This document shows positions 49,024 to 54,514 of a stretch of DNA of 54,514 bases, in pieces. The first letter of the stretch is position 1, and every line of letters begins with the position of its first letter. The stretch is from assembly GCA_039589315.1 (NCBI GenBank), contig JBDHHQ010000054.1:1-54514 (forward strand), given 5' to 3'. The notes below the pieces were generated by a model. The model was not told the DNA's origin and did not search any database. It saw nothing but the letters and a program-made list of their open reading frames with translations. Origin of the DNA: Gemmatimonadota bacterium. GTDB taxonomy: Bacteria; Gemmatimonadota; Gemmatimonadetes; Longimicrobiales; Gaopeijiaceae. The position numbers and the translations under genes are program-made.

Positions 49024-52017
49024 ATGAACTTCCCAACGTTCGAACCCTCCGGCCTCAGTGCCGGGCGTTGGCGCGCGGTCACCTCGGGCCTGATGGCCCT
49101 GGCGCTCGCGGCCTTCGCACTCCCTGCCTCCGCGCAGGACACGGGGACCATTACCGGGATGGTCTCCGACGCCGCCTCTGGCGGCGGTCTGAACTCGGTA
49201 CAGGTCTACATCGAAGGTACGGGCCTGGGTACGCTGACCAACCAGAACGGTCGGTTCATCATCATCAACGTGCCCGCCGGTCAGTACACTCTCACAGCCG
49301 AGCGCATCGGGTTCCAAACGAACTCACAGCAGGTGACCGTTTCGGCTGGCGGCACAGCCGAGCTGAACTTCTCCATGAACTCCGAGGCCCTGGGCCTCGA
49401 CGAGATCGTGGTGACCGGTACCGCCGGTGCGGCTCGGCGGCGGGAGGTGGGGAACACCATCTCGCAGGTGAACATGAGCGATGTGCCCGAGCCGCCGGTC
49501 AACGTGGACGGGCTGCTTCAGGCCCGCGTGCCCGGCATGTCGGTCATGGAGAGCTCCTCCAGCGCCGGTGGCGGCGCGCGCATCCGGCTTCGCGGCAACG
49601 TCTCCGTGGCCATGAGCAACCAGCCGCTCCTCTACGTCGACGGCATCCGGGTTCGAGGCGACGCGTTCCACAAGAACGTTCCGCCGACGGGGTACCCCGG
49701 GCGGAGCGGCAACGACGTCGCGAGCCCGCTGAACGACATCAACCCCAGCGACATCGAGCGGATCGAGGTCATCAAGGGCGCTGCGGCGACCACGCTGTAC
49801 GGCACAGAGGCGGCGGCCGGCGTGATCCAGATCTTCACGAAGCGGGGCCACCAGGGCCAGGCGCGTTGGACCGCCCAGGTGGACATGGGCGCGGCGTACA
49901 CGCCGGCGTTTGGGCCCGACCCGTCCACGCGGCCACCCTCGGAGCCGGCCGAGTCGGCGTCCGGCGGCACCTCGGACTTCCTGTTCATCAACCCGTGGCT
50001 CCGTACCGGCTTCCAGCAGAAGTACCAGCTGTCCGTGGGCGGCGGGAGTGAGGCGCTCCAGTACTTCGTGTCCGGGACGTGGGAGAAGCGCGAGATGCCG
50101 CTTCCCAACGACTTCCTCCAGAAGGGCGTCGTTCGCGGCAACTTCACGTTCTCGCCCATCGAGAGCCTGCAGCTCCAGTGGAACACGTCATTCACCGGCA
50201 CCGAGATCAACAACACGGCGGCCGGGAACAACGCCCACGGACTCACGCTGAACGCGTACCGCCGCGACGCGAACTACCTGGCTGACGAGTCCTTCGATGC
50301 CATCGACCCGTTCCGGAATCAGGGCATCACATCGGACATCGATCACCTGATCACGGGCCTCACGGCCACCCACACGCCGTCGTCGACCTTCACGCACCGG
50401 TTCACTGTGGGCTTCGACCAGGCACACCAGAACAACCGTAACCTGCGTCCGTTCGGATTCATCCGGGCGCCGTTCGGAATCCTGTCCGACGGCCGGAGCC
50501 GGTTCACGACGATGACCGCCGACTACGTCGGCTCGCTGAACTTCCCGCTGGGCGGCAACCTGCGGTCGACCTTCTCCTTCGGCGGCCAGACCGTGACCAG
50601 CGACATCCAGCAGACCGTGGCCTACGGTGAGGATTTCCCCGGACCCGGTGACCCGACCGTGACCTCCGCGGGCACCAAGCTCGGCTTCGAGCTCCGCGAG
50701 CGGGTCGTCAACGCCGGTCTCTTTGGTCAGTTCCTGCTGGACCTGAGCAACAAGTACTTCCTGACCCTCGGCCTGCGCGTGGACGGGAATAGCGCCTTCG
50801 GTGAGGACCTGGGACTCCAGGCCTACCCCAAGCTGAGCCTCTCGTGGGTCCTCTCCGACGAGAGCTTCTGGAGCCCCGATATTGGCACCGCCAAGATCCG
50901 GGCTGCCTGGGGGCAATCCGGTCGCGCGCCCGGCGCCTTCGACGCTGTGAAAACCTTCGACCCAGTGGGATGGGGCGGCAGTCCAGCCTTCTATCCCAGG
51001 AACCTGGGGAACGACGAGCTGGGTCCAGAGCGGACGTCCGAGGTCGAGGTGGGCTTCGAGAGCGCACACTTCGACAACCGGCTGACGCTGGACTTCACGT
51101 ACTACAACCAGAAGACCACGGACGCTCTCTTCAACGTCCGCCAGCCGCCGTCGGCCGGCTTCGTGGACCTGTTCGGCAGCACGTCGCAGCTCGAGAACGT
51201 GGGCGAGATCAAGAACCAGGGTATCGAGCTCGGCCTGAACGCGACGCTCATCCAGAGCGAGCGCTGGCAATGGGACCTGGGCGGATCGTTCTTCACGAAC
51301 GACAGTGAAGTCGGCCTGCCCGAAGAGGTGCCCGAGTTCTCTGTGGGCGACAACGCCTGGATCATCAACGGGCAGCCGGTTCCGGTCATGCGGGCCGACC
51401 GGTGCATTACGAACCCCGACGAGCTGGCCGAGCCCAACGTGGTGAGGCAGGGAACCCCCGAGGCGGCGGCCCTGAACGACTGCATCATCGGGCCCAACCA
51501 GCCCACCAAGATCTTCGGAATCAACACCTCTCTGGTGATGCCGGGCAACGTCCTGCTCACGGCACGGGGCGAGTTCCAGGGCGGGCACCACATCTACGAC
51601 GGCGCCGCGTGGAACGCGATCCGCCGCTCCGTGACGTGGCCCGGCTGCTACGACTTCTACAACACGGTCGAGACACAAGGCCGGGATGCGGCCACGGCCG
51701 CGGACCGGGCCCAGTGCGACGTGCAGCTGGCCGAGGACGACTACCTGGTCTACAAGGCCGACTTCTTCAAGATTCGCGAGGTCACGCTCAGCGTGCCGTT
51801 CGCGGACCGTTACACGTTCACCGTGTCAGGACACAATGTCCTTCGGATCCTGGACACGGACGAATTCCCTGTGTTCGAGCCGGAGATGGGCAATAACAAC
51901 GACAACAACGGCCTGAGCCGTGACGGCGCGTCGAGCGGCGACTTCCTGGTCACCTCGATGCTGGAGCACGTGCCACCCGCGACGACCTGGACGTTCTCGA
52001 TCCGGGCCACGTTCTGA
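49024..52017 (+). CDS. SusC/RagA family TonB-dependent receptor
   Basis: Signal peptide, carboxypeptidase-regulatory-like domain, LDEIVVTG, INPSDIERIEVIKGAAATTLYG, C-terminal Phe. AAGGAG RBS. Confidence 0.95.
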   Translation: MNFPTFEPSGLSAGRWRAVTSGLMALALAAFALPASAQDTGTITGMVSDAASGGGLNSVQVYIEGTGLGTLTNQNGRFIIINVPAGQYTLTAERIGFQTNSQQVTVSAGGTAELNFSMNSEALGLDEIVVTGTAGAARRREVGNTISQVNMSDVPEPPVNVDGLLQARVPGMSVMESSSSAGGGARIRLRGNVSVAMSNQPLLYVDGIRVRGDAFHKNVPPTGYPGRSGNDVASPLNDINPSDIERIEVIKGAAATTLYGTEAAAGVIQIFTKRGHQGQARWTAQVDMGAAYTPAFGPDPSTRPPSEPAESASGGTSDFLFINPWLRTGFQQKYQLSVGGGSEALQYFVSGTWEKREMPLPNDFLQKGVVRGNFTFSPIESLQLQWNTSFTGTEINNTAAGNNAHGLTLNAYRRDANYLADESFDAIDPFRNQGITSDIDHLITGLTATHTPSSTFTHRFTVGFDQAHQNNRNLRPFGFIRAPFGILSDGRSRFTTMTADYVGSLNFPLGGNLRSTFSFGGQTVTSDIQQTVAYGEDFPGPGDPTVTSAGTKLGFELRERVVNAGLFGQFLLDLSNKYFLTLGLRVDGNSAFGEDLGLQAYPKLSLSWVLSDESFWSPDIGTAKIRAAWGQSGRAPGAFDAVKTFDPVGWGGSPAFYPRNLGNDELGPERTSEVEVGFESAHFDNRLTLDFTYYNQKTTDALFNVRQPPSAGFVDLFGSTSQLENVGEIKNQGIELGLNATLIQSERWQWDLGGSFFTNDSEVGLPEEVPEFSVGDNAWIINGQPVPVMRADRCITNPDELAEPNVVRQGTPEAAALNDCIIGPNQPTKIFGINTSLVMPGNVLLTARGEFQGGHHIYDGAAWNAIRRSVTWPGCYDFYNTVETQGRDAATAADRAQCDVQLAEDDYLVYKADFFKIREVTLSVPFADRYTFTVSGHNVLRILDTDEFPVFEPEMGNNNDNNGLSRDGASSGDFLVTSMLEHVPPATTWTFSIRATF

Positions 52018-52061
52018 GGGGGGCGGCCATGAACGACACGACTCACAGCAGAGGAAAGACA

Positions 52062-53393
52062 ATGCGCGCTAAAGAGAGCAAAGGCGGGCGGTGGCTTTCC
52101 GGAGCGCTGGCGGCCTGTCTTGTGTTGGTCGCTTGCGACACCGACGTCACGAATCCGGGGCCCGTCCAGGACGACTTCCTGAACAACCCGGAGGCCCAGC
52201 CGGCCATGGTCCAGGGGGCGCTCCGGGCCCTCGGCGACGCCCTGAACTGGACCGCCTACACGAGCGGTGCGGTGGCCCGGGAGATCCATCCTTCGGGTTC
52301 CACGGGCTCGTTCGGGATCACCATCCGGCAGCAGCGGGGCGAGCTCCGCGACGACGAAATCAACACCCAGTGGGAGAACGCCCATCGGGCCCGGGCCAGC
52401 GGTGAGGGCACCGTGACTCGGGTGGAGGGAGAAGGAGGACCCGGCTGGATCGACAACTCCCTCCGCGACCAGGCCTACCTGTTCACCGCCTTCGCCTACC
52501 GGCTTCTGGCCGAGAACATGTGCGAATCCGTCTTCGACGGCGGCTCCGCGGGTTCCAACGACGAGTACACGAACAGGGCCATCCAGTGGTTCGACCGGGC
52601 AGTCAGCTCTTCCGACGCCGAGCTCAAGATGGCGGCCTTGAGCGGCCGCGCGTCGATGAAGGTGTGGATGGGGGACTGGGCAGGCGCCGTCTCCGACGCC
52701 TCCCAGGTGCCCACCGCGTTTTCGTACACCCTCGACTACCACGACATCGGCGACGAGGAGCAGGCCAACCGGATTCACCGTTCCACGTTGGGCCAGCCCT
52801 ACAAGGCCCACACGGCGTGGTCGACCTGGATCGGCGGCGACGACGACCAGATCGGCCCCATCGGTCAGGAGGTGGACGTGCTGGGTAACGTCGTGACACC
52901 GGGTGACCCGCGGGTCAGCTTCCGCAAGACCGACGAGAACGGAGACGCTGCCATCGACTGCTGCGGCAGCGTGCCCTGGTGGCCCCAGTGGAAGCACAAC
53001 AGAAACGATGCGCCCATCGAGCTGGCCAGCGGCGTAGAGATGCGCCTGGTCGAGGCCGAGGACATGATCCGGAACGGCGACGTTGCGGGGGCCATGGCCA
53101 AGATCAACGAGGTCCGGGCGCGGCCGGGCGTTGGATTGCCCGCGCTCACGGCTGCGAACGCCGACGAAGCCAGGGTGCACCTGAAGGCCGAGTACCGGAA
53201 CGAGCTGTGGCTCGAGGGTCGGCGTCTTCCCCAGCTCTGGCGCTGGGAGCGTACCAGCTTCGGCGGCGACGACGACCTACACCCACTGGAGAGGGTGTCC
53301 GGCAGCTCGGCCGAAGGGTCACATCTGGTACAGCGTGACGTCTGCTATCCCATCTCCGAGGGTGAGAAGCAAACCAACCAGAACGTCAGCTGA
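52062..53393 (+). CDS. SusD/RagB family lipoprotein
   Basis: LVAC lipobox, EMRLVEAE, INEVR, ELWLEGRR, CYPIS..E. Directly follows the susC-like gene. Confidence 0.92.
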   Translation: MRAKESKGGRWLSGALAACLVLVACDTDVTNPGPVQDDFLNNPEAQPAMVQGALRALGDALNWTAYTSGAVAREIHPSGSTGSFGITIRQQRGELRDDEINTQWENAHRARASGEGTVTRVEGEGGPGWIDNSLRDQAYLFTAFAYRLLAENMCESVFDGGSAGSNDEYTNRAIQWFDRAVSSSDAELKMAALSGRASMKVWMGDWAGAVSDASQVPTAFSYTLDYHDIGDEEQANRIHRSTLGQPYKAHTAWSTWIGGDDDQIGPIGQEVDVLGNVVTPGDPRVSFRKTDENGDAAIDCCGSVPWWPQWKHNRNDAPIELASGVEMRLVEAEDMIRNGDVAGAMAKINEVRARPGVGLPALTAANADEARVHLKAEYRNELWLEGRRLPQLWRWERTSFGGDDDLHPLERVSGSSAEGSHLVQRDVCYPISEGEKQTNQNVS

Positions 53394-53426
53394 ACGCTCG
53401 GCTCCTTTAGCGGAGCAAACAAGAAG

Positions 53427-53460
53427 AAGGGGGGTGCCGATAATCGGCACCCCCCCTTTT
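53427..53460. terminator. Bidirectional intrinsic terminator
   Basis: AAGGGGGGTGCCGA-taa-TCGGCACCCCCCCTTTT between convergent genes, with an A-rich left flank. Confidence 0.85.
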
Positions 53461-53608
53461 CACGTCTCGGACCGTGTTCCCGTCCGAGTCCCGTTTCTGC
53501 CAGGGGCGGAGCCCCGTCCTCCTATCGACTCTCGTCCCTGGGTCCGACGAAGAACTACCAATCGAAGGGGCGCCGATACGGCTACCCGGTTCAGCGCCCG
53601 CGAGAGTC

Positions 53609-54100
53609 CTAGCGGCCGAGGGGCAGCCGGAGCAGGGGGATCAAGATGTCCTGGGGGCCACCGGGTCCGGTCCCCGGCGTCGTGCTGCTGGACGAGGCCG
53701 TGATGGCGGCCACGACCGCGACCGCAGCCACCGCTACCCCTCCTGCGATCAGCAAGGTGGTCTTGGTCTGGTCGACGTTCTTCTGATCGACGGTCATGAC
53801 CTCCGTGGTGGGGATCCGCACCCGCTGGTTCAGCGTCTCGACGCGGCCGCGGCGCTCTGCGGTGGCCGCGGCCACCTCCAGGAGGATCTCGTCGGACCCG
53901 TTCTCGACGACCCTGCCCTCCACCGTGCGGTCGTCCGAGCCGAGCACGTCGGCCAGCGCGTCCGACTGGGCGCCGCTCACGCGTGCGCGGATGTCCATCT
54001 CGGGCCTGATGTCCGATACCTCGATGGGCTGGTAGGAGTAGCAGCCGGAAAGCGCCATGGCGCCAAGGGTCAGGGTCGCTTTCGAGAGGCTCTTGCGCAT
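53609..54100 (-). CDS. Hypothetical lipoprotein with a C-terminal hydrophobic segment
   Basis: MRK...ALSGCYSYQP lipobox and a TM-like LLIAGGVAVAAVAVVAA segment. Confidence 0.8.
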   Translation of the reverse strand: MRKSLSKATLTLGAMALSGCYSYQPIEVSDIRPEMDIRARVSGAQSDALADVLGSDDRTVEGRVVENGSDEILLEVAAATAERRGRVETLNQRVRIPTTEVMTVDQKNVDQTKTTLLIAGGVAVAAVAVVAAITASSSSTTPGTGPGGPQDILIPLLRLPLGR

Positions 54101-54514
54101 GTGACTTCTTGGGTTGCCTGGTGTCTTTGGACAGATCGGGCGCGCCAGGAGCGCGGCTTTCGGGCAAGTATACTAGCGGAACCTCCCGACGCATGCAGCC
54201 GCCGCCCGGTGCCGGCGACCGCGACGCCAGGGCGCTCACCCACGCTCCTTCATACGTACCGGACGGCCGTTTGATTCCGGGGGGCCCCGCCTGGACAATC
54301 GTCCGGAGCCGTCGAAAGGTGACACCCCGCGGTCCCGTATTCCCCTCTGCGAAGGAGCGTGACGGGGCGTCCGGGCCGGGAACCACCCCTCCACCCAAGC
54401 GTACAGGGGTAGTGGATGAGCACTTGCCTCTAATGCTGCATCAACTCGCTGGGCCGCTATGAATCCGAATGGAGTCCCCCACCTGCGTTGGCCATTGGGT
54501 GGGCTTCTTCTTCT

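Noticed and set aside
54400..54514. Lower-GC stretch ending in a CCCACC/GGTGGG hairpin plus CTT repeats
   Set aside because: It is cut by the window edge and cannot be assigned.

Overview
High-GC bacterial chromosomal segment with about 44 CDS. The gene content (SusC/SusD pair, DUF2723, multiheme-TPR cytochrome, GWxTD-like remnant, many peptidases) suggests Gemmatimonadota, but this is an inference. Most genes are housekeeping or envelope functions: penicillin acylase, Cho/UvrC-like nuclease, CobB sirtuin, M14 and M20 peptidases, PPi-PFK, HD dNTPase-like protein, PP2C, an RpoS-like sigma factor, RsgA, a Btu/Fec ABC importer, HyuA/OplA, TrpE, an ECF sigma factor, E1-alpha, CtaA, an ABC exporter, an acyl-CoA dehydrogenase and a patatin. 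No rRNA, tRNA, CRISPR array or mobile element was recognised. The most unusual items are: (1) an unrecognised ~325-nt highly structured RNA (31705-32030) with an ECF-type promoter and its own terminator, next to an ECF sigma/PspA/GlsB stress cluster that has no adjacent anti-sigma gene; (2) a translationally coupled operon of a membrane protein with SbcD- and SbcC-like genes whose catalytic motifs are degenerate; (3) a second candidate sRNA (35845-35990); (4) a riboswitch-like susC leader; (5) a histidine-kinase-like protein without the His box; and (6) a GTTC-N7-GTTC-like SOS box. All family calls and RNA folds were made by eye, with no database searches.
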